The notes below the pieces were generated by a model. That model saw nothing but the letters and a program-made list of their open reading frames with translations. It was not told where the DNA came from and made no database searches. A stretch of 64,000 nucleotides of DNA from the NCBI GenBank assembly GCA_040357565.1, contig JBDODJ010000012.1. One strand, written 5' to 3'. The stretch is from Cercozoa sp. M6MM (Eukaryota > Protista > Endomyxa: Ascetosporea). A program made the position numbers and the translations under genes. The number at the start of each line of letters is the position of its first letter. Positions within the stretch are counted from its first letter, which is position 1. Below, piece by piece: positions 53,066 to 64,000 of this stretch.

Positions 53066-54506
53066 ATGGAGAGTGTAGTAAAGCAGTTTAAAGCACTAGT
53101 TGTGGATGATCGGTACATCGAATATACTGTCTTTTTCGGTTTGGTTTGCTTCCACGGAGTTTTTGTTTGATCCTCTGCAGACTGGTAGAGGCCGAGACAC
53201 TACTACAGGAGCACGGAGCTGAGCTACAAGAGGCATGCGCTGATGCAACGACTCTCGTGCAGCAACGGCTGCGTAAGGCGCGTGACTCGCGAGAATACGC
53301 CAGGGGTCTCGTACAGACGGGAGACGGCAGTGTTCAAATAGACGCCGATTGGACCTTAATCAAGGAGGCCAATGGAATTCGTACGTTTCACAAGCACAGT
53401 GAGAATGCGCGACGATTGGTACAGCACATCATCATACACGAAGAATGCCCTATCAATGTTGTTGTCATTTCTGGTATATCTAGTGCATCCGAGTGGAAGG
53501 CATCGTTAATGCACCCCTAATCTTTGCCTTGTATACTCTCTACCCGCAACCCTGTTTTTCTTGACCCTCTCTGGTGTATCTTATAGATGTGCCGTGAGGG
53601 AGGTCGACCTGGTCGGCGACTTTGTCCGCGTCGTGAAAGTGTCAGGCCACGTGCTTGCGATGCCATCCAAGTTTGCGATCGAAGCACTCTTTGTACCGAG
53701 TCCTTTTTTGTGTAAAACATCAGAAAGAGTTGATGCTCCTGTCATTGCGAAAGTAGAGAGTTGCACTTCCGTTTCCCTTCTCGGATCGAGGTACCTGTGC
53801 CTGTGTCTCGATAGCGCACTGTTACACTGCCACCCTACCCCTTGGTAGTCATCTTTGTGGATGCGGATGCCGTGCTGCTCGATGAAGCCACAGTGGTGAT
53901 TTCGGGTGTTTCGCCACGCTGTCGCAACTCTACTACTGAGAGTGACAGCAGTGCTAATACTGAGGTCGACATCCCAGCCTTAACAAGAGGTGCCTCCGAG
54001 GTGTATGTGATTAAGGCTGCGGGAGTTGTGCAGCGACGCTCGTCGGACCAGGTGTTCCTCTCGGTCGCCGTTGAATTGGACACAGGTACGTCTTGGTGGA
54101 ACCCCTTTGATTCGAACGATGTGATGTGTTTGTTTTGTAGGGGACATGTGGCTACCCCATGCACTCGTGGACTGGACTGTCAAACACCTGTACCGACATT
54201 TTACTGCACTTGCTTCCAGGCAGTGGAGATACTGCTGCACCCTTGCAGTTGCTACTACGGGTTTTCTGACTTCCGACGGCGCTGTGAGTCGCTTTATCGC
54301 GTAGGCTGGCCGTAACTTTGTCCAGTAAAGCCACCGCCTTCTGCTGTGTGACTTTCCAGGACGAAGAGAGCGCACACAGTTGCCGCATGCAGCAGCAGCG
54401 CGACTTCTACGACGACGTGCGGCAGCGCATCGGTGACCGTGAGACCAGCGACACGGACAGCGCGGCCGCCAGCCAGTCAAGCGAGGTGCGGAAACGAGTG
54501 CGGTGA
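53066..54506 (+). CDS. START/SRPBCC lipid-binding domain protein
   Basis: DWTLIKEANGIRTFHK...CIRVEGIVNAPL...AVREVDLVGDFV pattern of START domains. Ends ...EVRKRVR*. Confidence 0.7.
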
Positions 54507-54697
54507 GTTGAAGTGCACGCGATGCGACGCAGTCGAACTGAACTCGACTGAGCGGACTGACACCAGCGCAGTTCGCGATCGCTGGCTAGCAAACCTACGC
54601 TGCGCTTAGTACTAGTAGATGACCATGCGTTACAGACTGACTCAGATTGCGTTATGAACCCAGGCTGACCACGCCAGTTGGTCTATCATTTTAGTGG

Positions 54698-54904
54698 CAA
54701 GTAAGCACCGGCTGCTGTAGAGAGAAGGGTTGTTTCGACACGATTTTCCCCCGACAGACGATTCCGTCTACGGCTCCGTCCGCTTTGACGCAGGAACCCA
54801 GCTGGAGTAATTCTTCACTTCGCTTCTTCGAACTGAATCATCTGATTCCTTCGCTTCGTCTAATTGACGACTTACTCACAAACGAAACGTCACGTCAGTA
54901 ACAA
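54698..54904 (+). repeat. Second copy of the dispersed element at 9415-9645 (opposite orientation)
   Basis: Shared collinear blocks with the reverse complement of 9415-9645: ggctgctgtagagagaaggg, cacgattttcccc, gattccgtctac, gtaattcttcacttcgcttct, aactgaatcat, tcgcttcgtctaattgacgacttact, cgtcagtaacaa. Confidence 0.9.
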
Positions 54905-55100
54905 ATGGTTAAATTCAACGGGCCGAGCTAGCGTACACAAACGTACGCTTCGCTTGTAGCGCCGAACGCGTGCATCGCACCCGACGCCGAGCTCGAGTTC
55001 AAAATGTTTCTCGTCTTCAGTTGTTTTGATGCGTGAGATCGACGACAAAACCGACCGGGACTGTACATGTCAGACCAACGCAAGCAATTTGTGCCGCAGT

Positions 55101-55308
55101 TTAGTACGACACTGACTTCATGATGGCCTGCGAATGACAGCAGAGATAGTCGAGATCGACAGGACTAACACGGAGAAAGAAAAAATGGGATTACCTCGTA
55201 CACCTTCAGCGTATCCGGTAGATAGACCTTCTCCAGAATGAGTGGGAAGGGCGTGTCGTAGCCACACACGCGCTGAACCGGCGCCTCCAGTGACTGCTCA
55301 TGCCAAAG

Positions 55309-55368
<60 letters not shown>

Positions 55369-55378
55369 TTATGGAGGG

Positions 55379-55424
<46 letters not shown>

Positions 55425-55846
55425 CACCAGGAAGCACTCGTCCTGCACGGTGGCAGCGATCTCGCCAGCAAAGCCACTGCACGCATGGAACGTCGATGTT
55501 CACCACACTAGGCAGGGATACAGAGAATCACATACCCCGTGAGTGGAGCCTCATGCGAAACAACGCATCGGCCCGTCTTCAGCACCTGTCAAAAGCTCAC
55601 ACGCACAGAGTGCACACACAAACACAACAAAGAACTGTGTGTATGAGAGGGAGAGCGTACCGACTGCGTGACTGTTTGGATGTCCCACGGAACGATCGTC
55701 TGCAGGTCGATCACCTCGCAGCTCACGCCCTTCTCGGCCGCCTTCTCGGCAGCAGCAAGCACCACGTTCACCTACGTTCATGCACGCCCACGCATGTACA
55801 GACAAATATATATATATATATATATATGAAGGGAGGTGTATTGCGA

Positions 55847-55907
<61 letters not shown>

Positions 55908-57513
55908 ATAGATATCTAAATAAGATGGGGAAGGGTGTACCTGGTTACCCCAAGCAATCAGGGTGACGTCAGTACCCTCGCGCACAATGTCAGCAGTCTC
56001 CAGCGGCAGCTCGTAACTCTACGAGCATGCGCCGATGATCCAACTGATCTAGTATCGAAAGCTTATGTACCTCCTCAGGCACATCATCGATGGCAGTGCG
56101 GTACAGAGCCTTTGGCTCAAGGAACAGCACTGGGTTATCATCACGGATACTGCCAGCAACAAGATGCATCGAAATGGCAGCAAGAAAAGGGAGATTGAGA
56201 GAGTTAAGCTACGAGGCAGTGAGGAGACCCTTGGCTTGCTTGGGACCACGCGGCATCACGACCTGCAGACCGAGTGTCGTATTCCCACACATGCCACATA
56301 CACACACATACAAGCTCAAACCAACAGCGCACCTTGATTCCCGGCGTGTGCGCAAAGTACGCCTCGGGCGACTGCGAGTGGTAGTGGCCGCCATGACCCA
56401 CGGCACCTACTCAAACAGGGCACAACATGACATGTGACACGTGGCGTAGGCAGGTAGGCAGGCAGGCAGGCAGGTAATACCACACGGAGCACGCACAGTG
56501 AGACCACCGACATCGAACTGCAGACACACTATACTCGCACAGATACAACACCCCCAAAAAGCAACACACCTGGTTGCCGGAGCGGTAGCGGTACTTCGCG
56601 GCTTCGTTTACTAGCTACACACAACGTTGATGAGGCGACACAGACACAACGTTGCAGGTTTATACTTGATCAAAGGCCGGGAAAATGTAGTCAGCGAACT
56701 GGATCTCTATTGGCGTTCAAACACATGTCAAATGAATAATGAACACAGCCAGAAAGTTGCAACACGCACCGGCGACCGGTCGGTGACCAGCAGCGGCCAT
56801 GCCGATAGCGAAACCCGCAATGCCCTAGACAAACACAAACAGATAAACCCCACCCAGATATCAGTCGCGTCTGCGCTTTGTACCTGCTCGCAAAGCGGCG
56901 TGTTGAACACACTGCAGAATGCCACAACATGGTTATGTAAATAGGTAAGCGAACACTCAGACACAAAGGCATAGCGTACCGGTCCTTGCCGAACTCCTCC
57001 TGCAAATCGACGGCACAGCGGAAGACACCACCAAAGCCTTTTCAATCACATTCAATCACATTCATCGGCAAAACCAAACCACACTTCTAAAGTGAGAAAC
57101 ACGCAGTACCGACATCCTCGCCGAAGAGAACGGTCGTGTCGTCCTCCACGAGGGCATCGCTACGCAGGGACATAGGAACATACATGTAAAAACAAATCAC
57201 AAACTCTGTTTCGCAAAACAAACCGAAGGGCGTGGTTGATCGCCGTCACGAGGTTCGTCTGTTTACCGCGCGCACCCTGGACATCAATCAAGTGAGTCTC
57301 TCAAAAATATTGCTGACAGAAACGCTCGCCAGCAAGATTTGAAAAATGAGGCAAGTTGTGTTTTCTAAAGCATGTCTGCTGAGTGAAAGCACACGTGTGC
57401 ACAGATCTTGTCACATGTGCAGAAGCATCAGCTCAGGTGCTTGCCTTCTGATTGCAGCACAAATCTACCTGCGCCACCTGACCGCTCACACGCCGGCCGA
57501 CCCGGTTCAGCAT
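55101..57513 (-). CDS. BCKDHB: Branched-chain 2-oxoacid dehydrogenase E1 beta subunit
   Basis: [15 protein letters not shown]|[105 protein letters not shown]. Confidence 0.97.
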
Positions 57514-57773
57514 TTTTCGCTGCAATGACACCTGTGCGTTAGCTAATGCCGTGCTTTGACGTGCTTTTGGCAATTCGAATCGCCGGCTACATTAAAAGCA
57601 AAAGTTAAAAAATCGAGAACCAGTGCCTCCTTCCATACGTGTGTGCAGAAAGCGTAGGAGAGTTATTCCTAACATTGAGATATGTCTCGACTCGCGCGTG
57701 GCCAGGGTTTGTCAAGAATATCAATAATTTCATTGACTTGCTTTCGGCAGACGAATTATGTGAATGATCTGTG

Positions 57774-59275
57774 ATGGCAGGCGCGAATCTTCAAGCGCAG
57801 ATGAAGCATGCGCAGCAGTTGCTGACGCAAGGTGATCACTACGAGGCGCAGCAGGTGTTCCAGTCACTCGTGGTGCGCACAGTCAACGCCGGCAAGCCCG
57901 CTGTTGCTGCCAAGGTACGTTTCTTGTCTGATCGTGAACGACAGGCAAGTTTCAGCGCTGCGCAGATCGGTTTCGTTGGCGCCCTTGCTTTTGCCGAGAA
58001 AGGCCACTTTAACTCGTAGCATTATCATTGCTGTACACATGCATAGTCCGTTTCAACCAGTCTGTGATCGGCTTGAATAGTGCTTCGGCGCTGGCGTTGG
58101 CTGCTTTGGATGCCAGTAAAGACGGGTACATATCGTTTCATTTGTGCCCCTGGTAGCTAGCGAGTGCCCGCTTAGTGAATACGCGCTGGCACGTGTGACT
58201 GACTTGCTGGCTGCCATGCGCGGTTCTGGTACGTGGTAACTTGACTGGATGGAGTGTACTTGGGATGCTGCCTTTCGCAGAGGAGGCCTCGGTGGCAGCC
58301 AAGAAGATTATGCAGAAAACGCTGGAATCACTCGATCAGGTATCATATGATTTGCGATTTTTTCGTCTGTCTCTCTAATTCGCCTCTGTCATTTGAAGGA
58401 GAAAAAAGCTGAGTTGCACCTGGCTTACGGCGTCTTTCTTGCGAGTGTGCACACCGACGCATCGCTAACGCACCTCGCGCGTGGTGCTGCTTTCGTATGT
58501 TGCTCAAACAGAAACGTTGAGACTCAAACAAAGTGCTACCCTACCCGATCACGGTTGTTTGTCTGTCTGTAGGATGCTGATACGGCTGCTGAAACAACGC
58601 AAGAGTTCCTTCGCTTCGTCAGAGAGCTGGTGATTCAAGACAAAGCTTGTTGAAATCTTTTTTTGTTGAGTGATTTTACAAGACACAGAAGGCCGAAAAC
58701 GCATCTTTCTTGCACGCCAAGACTGCTTTGCTCTTCATGGTGCTTTCCGTTTTCTTCAATCTTTTTGTAGTTTAGTGGATCATTTGAGGGTGTGTTGTTG
58801 TTCTTGCAGGCCGAGTCAGAGAACACCGAGCTGCCCTGGCAGTTCGTTCAGAAAGCGTCTGTGCCGCCGTCGGATTGTCTGACTGCCGCACGAGTTTGTA
58901 AATTCCATTGTCTAGATTGTTCACCGTGCAATCTGAAATGATGTGCAATGTGTGTGGGAGTGTAGTGGCACGTGCCGTGCAGAAGCAGAGCGGCGCATTG
59001 TTCGCTTCGGCTCGCCAGTTCCACCAGCAAACGCTCCAGCAGGCCGATTTGCTTGCACTTGCGGTTTTAGTTTTCTTGAAAGTGTGTTAGACGTTGCATG
59101 ATTGTTAACTTACGCAGGACAAGGCTGGCCAGCGGTTCGGTCTGTCGCCGCTTTCAGGGTATATAATCATTCCTACGAAAGGGGTTGGCCAATTGCTGCA
59201 ATTTGATGCCATGAATATGAGGACTGATATAGTCCGGGTCTCGGTGGTCTCTTGAAAAACATTCTCGGCTTCTAA
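57774..59275 (+). CDS. GET4: Golgi-to-ER traffic protein 4 (Get4/TRC35)-like
   Basis: QGDHYEAQQVFQSLVVR...GALAFAEKGHFNSASALAL matches the Get4 N-terminus (G.YYEAHQ..R). Ends PGLGGLLKNILGF*. Confidence 0.65.
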
Positions 59276-59352
59276 TTATCACCGACAGTGACGGGATATA
59301 TGGCCGTAAACTTTAATTTACTTTCGTTTGCTTGTAAGGTATATTGTATAGC

Positions 59353-59590
59353 ATAAGCGGGTATGTCCCGGATTGGCGGGGCGCTTTTTTCTTTGGTCCC
59401 GCATGGGGAAAATCCCTATCGTCAAAAAGTGAAACCCTTCCAGGGGCGTCCAGTAACGACCTAAACACACCAGACCCCCAAGGGCAAATAATACGATAGG
59501 GTCCGTCAAGGAAACTTAGGAAAGCCCACAATGCCTAACGGTTGGGTTTTTTTTAAACGCCCCGCCAATCCGGCGTACCCTAGATAAGCG
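59353..59590. mobile_element. MITE-like non-autonomous element with terminal inverted repeats
   Basis: Perfect 16-bp inverted repeat ccggattggcggggcg (59368-59383) / cgccccgccaatccgg (59558-59573), extended by gggtat/gtaccc. Inner inverted repeat ccctatcgt/acgataggg. Flanking direct repeat ataagcg (59353-59359, 59584-59590). Confidence 0.6.
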
Positions 59591-59695
59591 AGCCACCAGC
59601 GCAGTGGCCATGCATAAATAGATATGGACGAAACGAAACGTAAACCAACGTCCGTCTGGTACGGTACCGTCGCGTGAACTCAACTCGACTCAGGA

Positions 59696-60962
59696 TCAAA
59701 CCACGGCACTCCAGCGTCCAGTCAAACGAGAACCTCCGTCGCTTACGAGGAAGCGCGAGAGATACCCGTAACCTCTGCCATACCCGAGGGCACGAAAGGA
59801 AAGATGAGCGGCACAGGATTCAACCAGCCGCCGAACAGTGGATGCGTGGCCATTCCAATGTACACTACACATAAATTACGCAATCAGCGATCAGCAAACC
59901 AAGCAATCAGCAAACCAAGCAATCAGCAAACCAAGCAATCAGCAAATCCATCAAGCAAAATGAAAGATTAATACTCAAGGGCGAGATTTGACGCAGCTCA
60001 ATCGTGAGATGCGACACAAGGAATGAGCTTTCGGCGTCGGCAGGTGTCAACAACAGCACATTTGCTCCGTCTTGGTCCAAGCGCGACTTTGTCCTAAGAA
60101 AATTCCATGCAACAAGACTCAGTTGGGAAGCGCACCAACAGTACAATTGTCCAGTCAGAGGAATGCGTTGATGGATTTCGAGTCCATTGCGTTCGGCACC
60201 CGCTCCGAGCCACAGCTCACCCTTGCACAGGCGCGCACTGTCACATTCGACCTGAGCACCCACAAGCTTTCCTCCTACACACATACACACACAAATACAC
60301 AAAGACGTCAATGCGACAGGAACTCAAGAGGAGGACACAGCCAATTAAGACAGGGTACCAAGAGCGCCCTTGTTAAAGTACAAATCGAACAAGGGAAGGA
60401 CACCAACAGGAAAGAGACCCACTCGTAAATCTCCTGAACATACACTCGTTATTCAAGAAGCAGAAAGATACATCTCTGGCGAAAGAAGGTACCATTCAGG
60501 ACGACGAGTTCTTCTGGCGCATCTATCGATACAAAGAAAAGGATAGCAAACTGCACAATCTCAATACCGCAACAAGTCTACCTGCCAGTGAAAAAAGTTC
60601 ATGCACTTGGTGCTTTTTCAAACTCGTCAGCGCTCTGACCGGAACATAGGATCGTGAGCCCAAAAGATCCTCCACCGTTTTTGGCTTCTCTCTATATTAC
60701 AAACACCCTGTGAAATCATACCAAGGTGACGGCCAGTGGCAGCATACCCGGTAAAACGGATTCCCATGACAATGTTAGTGACCATCAAGAAAACAATGGT
60801 GAAAGCAAACGCCATGAGAGGTCTCAAAACACGTCCAGTTAAGGAATCGGCGCGTCTCGGTGCAAGAACCGCTGGACGATCCTTTTTTGGGACGCGCGCT
60901 GGCTTTTGTGTATCCCCATCTTTCTTTCGCCTTTGACGCAAAGACCGGTCCCGAGAGCCCAT
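59696..60962 (-). CDS. Hypothetical membrane protein, multi-exon
   Basis: Starts MGSRDRSLRQRRKKDG, followed by a hydrophobic segment LMAFAFTIVFLMVTNIVMGI and further GT-AG separated open segments. The 3' end is approximate. Confidence 0.5.
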
Positions 60963-61095
60963 GTCAACGAATCTAAAAGGCGAGTCTGCACGCAGCAAAG
61001 CGCGACTTTTTCTCCATCAATCTTTCTACAAAAAAAAAAAGATACTGTAATTGAACTCTCACGCCTTAGAAGTTGTCTGAGACACTTAACTGACA

Positions 61096-61911
61096 ATGGT
61101 ATTACCTATATGGCCTAAATAGCTGTCACGCAGCCGGATATAACTCTATGCCCGCCCGTTTTTGTAGGCGAAAAGGAAGGAAGCTAAGGTCGTCAAGTTT
61201 GTCGTATGTCTCTTTGTTCTTTACTTTGCCGACGGTCTAAGCACTGTTTCACAGGACCCTGCCAAGGCGTGGAAGAAGGAGCAACAGGCACAGAAGCATG
61301 CCGCCCTCAAGGTAAAACTGTAATTACGGACCTCTCTTTTCCTGTTTAAGTGTAGGGATGGACTCGTAGAAAAAGCGCAGCGAATACGAAGAACGAGTAC
61401 GAAAACGAGAGCAACGACGTAAGCTGATCCAAGTGAACTCACAAACCTTTTGGATTACGATTGGCGTGCTCAGGTGCCGATGAATTGTTCAAGAAAGCTT
61501 CGCGAGAGGTTGACGAGTTGGGTAGAGAGGATTTACAATCTCACCGCGATTGGCTGTGTTCTCTGACGACTATATTTTCCTGCCGCAGGTGGAGATCAGT
61601 TGTTCAGCTTTGATCGGAAGAAGCGACGCGAGAAGGAGCGCGAGAACCTTGGATTACGACCGGCAAAGGTGTGTTCACTCGTGCTGATGATGATAACCCG
61701 GCATGCCTTTCCTGCCTGTGTAGAACAAGAAGGTGCCGTACAAGATCCTAGTCGCGCAGCAAAAGAAGGTATTGTCGTGCCAACGACAAAGATACGTGTC
61801 TGAGCAACGATATTGCACTGTAGAATCAACAACGAGACGCTAAGCACATTGAGGAAGAAAGAAAAGGCGGTGCGTCGGAGTTTATCGTTGCCTGCTCTGC
61901 TTTGTGATTTT

Positions 61912-61950
<39 letters not shown>

Positions 61951-62175
61951 CGCAGGTGTACTTATGTCGACGACGAGAAAGGTGCACAAGAGTAAGGCAC
62001 AGCGACGACAGGTACACATATAATATTGCTGATGACAAGTGTCATGTCTATACACATTTTGCAGGCGAGGAACACAGGCCCGTCGCTCAACTTGCACGTC
62101 TCGTCCAACGACATCCGACGCGCCAAAAAGAACTTGCGCTCCAAGCCGAAGGGCTTGCGTGCCATGCACAACTAG
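61096..62175 (+). CDS. Faf1/C1orf131 (DUF4602)-like 40S processome assembly factor
   Basis: ATG, intron, then AKRKEAK...REVDELGGDQLFSFDRKKRREKERENLGLRPAKNKKVPYKILVAQQKK, resembling the DUF4602 core (EV..FG...LG.KP.K....YK.L). Small and very basic. Confidence 0.6.
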
Positions 62176-62530
62176 TGTGTGCCCTCCCTTCTGTTCATTT
62201 TAATTTCACTGGCAGTCTAAGCAATCATCGCGACGGACGGCGGCGGAACGGAAGTTTCGAGTTTTTTAGCGTAGTTTCATTTTTCCAACTATCACCGTAC
62301 GAAACACCATCGCATCAAGTTTATAGAAGAAATCCATGCTAATAGCGAGCTACAGCAGCGTGCTAGACCGGCGGAGCAGGCCACGCCAGTCGATAAATTC
62401 AAATACAGAAACTCGAAGTAAGCTTCAGTTCGCTCAATGAATCACGTCATACAAAAACTGAACGAATTGAGTCAGAGAAAATCGGAAATTCGACTTTTAC
62501 TTTACGACATTCGAGTTCCCACCCGCTCGA

Positions 62531-62887
62531 TTAAGACTCAGCATGGTGCATGTTCACGAAGCCGGCACCCAGGCACGAAAGCACGACTCCGTTTTTCTCC
62601 TACATGGGGAATTAGGATCACAGATGTACACATCATATGCTTGGCGTTCACAGCAAGTTAAAAGACACCTCAGTGGCACGGAAGGTGACATCGAGCACCT
62701 CGCGCAGCAAGCGCAGCACCTTGATCGCGTTCTTGGTGAGCGGTCCAGTACGCACCTTGGAGACGTCCTCGGGACCCAGTGCCATTAGTGTCAATACCAA
62801 GGTCTGGTGTGCACCGTCAACGCAGGGAGCGTGCGACACCTCTTGCAGCAGCATGTGCGCCTGAGTTTCACAAACACGTATCACATG

Positions 62888-62935
<48 letters not shown>

Positions 62936-62945
62936 NNNNNNNNNN

Positions 62946-62999
<54 letters not shown>

Positions 63000-63956
63000 G
63001 TGGACGCACTAGAGCGCGGCCCATGTCTTCGGCGTTCTCGATCTTGAGTCCGTTGGCAAGACAGCGACTGGCACCAAAGCACTCGGTTGACACCGACACA
63101 CCCTGTCACAAACAGATGTGTCCATGCGACTGTCGGTATGTGCACCGGTTCAAGTAAGAAAGGACAGGTACTGTCGTGGTTTCAGCAACCGCATAGGCTC
63201 CGTAGCCTAATCACACGCACAAAAAACATATCAGAAACCAAACGAGGAGATAAAAAGAAGGCAAGATATGTACCTGCGGAGGCAGCGCCAGCACCCTTGG
63301 CGTGCTCAGTGTAGAGCCACACCTGTATACAATACGTACACAGTACAAATGCACGGGGGGGGGGGGCAAGCAGGTGTGCACTACATCCGGAAGCAGTCGG
63401 TTAAAGATGCCTCTGGCAGCGGTGGCCACTCGCGACGCCGTCACGGGAGCTACACGTGCCGTGAACACTGTGCCTCGAATGCGTTTGACCTTGCCTGCAC
63501 ATGTGCACATGCATCACGACTCAATGCGCACTATCAGTTGCAAGTGGCCACGTGACAAAGCGATACCAAAATCGCACAGATCGATCGGACTCAACGACTG
63601 TCGCAATGCGGGTAGCCTCACTGTGCTCATACACCCACATATCATACCAGAGCACATGGTATGAAAGGCACGTGCATGTGAGTCGGTATGTAGTGTACCA
63701 TCGACCTGGCCACCGCCCTTGTTGTTGCAACTTCGCTTGACGACCTTGATTTGGAAGTCCTCCATGTCGATCCCGAATCGCTTGAGCAGCGTGGGAGTCA
63801 CCTACACACACCGCACCGCGTCAAGACAACCGAAACCTTCTCAACAAGTACAGACACAGGACACACACACCTGTCGCAGCACATCGACACTGATATCTTT
63901 GTCTTCGGGACAGTTCGTCACACCATGCAGTGTCATCTACACGTGCAACACATATA

Positions 63957-64000
<44 letters not shown>
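62531..64000 (-). CDS. RCL1: RNA 3'-terminal phosphate cyclase-like protein RCL1, 3' part (continues beyond the window)
   Basis: TPTLLKRFGI...IKVVKR...GGGQV, GKVKRIRG..FTARVAP, LLPDVWLYTEH, LMALGPEDVSKVRTGPL, VVLSCLGAGFVN. Stop at 62531-62533. Confidence 0.92.

Overview
Eukaryotic (protist-like) nuclear DNA, gene-dense and extremely intron-rich. The raw ORF track is therefore mostly misleading; all gene models below were spliced and translated by hand and called by motif recognition, with no database search. About 24 protein-coding genes can be traced. All spliced models use GT-AG introns (mostly ~45-80 nt) and the standard genetic code. In order: CWC2 (partial), importin-4-like, QCR9-like, SUV3, KCBP-type kinesin-14, RPL4, a coiled-coil protein, an NPHP3/TTC41-like STAND-TPR protein, CDC40/PRP17, p23, a stand-alone mitochondrial lipoyl-domain protein, 3-hydroxybutyryl-CoA dehydrogenase, CTP synthase, a DCR2-type phosphoesterase, a CIA30-like protein, a START protein, BCKDH E1-beta, GET4, Faf1/DUF4602 and RCL1 (partial), plus several hypotheticals. 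Most notable: (1) an atypical intron grammar, with donors GTRY (mostly GTAC) instead of GTRAG, C/CT-rich 5' halves, TG-rich 3' halves and strongly strand-polarised poly-C and TTACCCC tracts; (2) a complete 139-aa mitochondrial protein made only of a lipoyl domain, next to acyl-CoA catabolism genes; (3) seven head-to-head gene pairs sharing 130-260 bp promoters, with TA-palindrome-rich convergent 3' regions; (4) a ~200-230 bp dispersed element in two diverged copies, one attached to a decayed LINE-like 3' end, plus a MITE-like fold-back element. No rRNA, tRNA, snRNA or CRISPR array was recognised.
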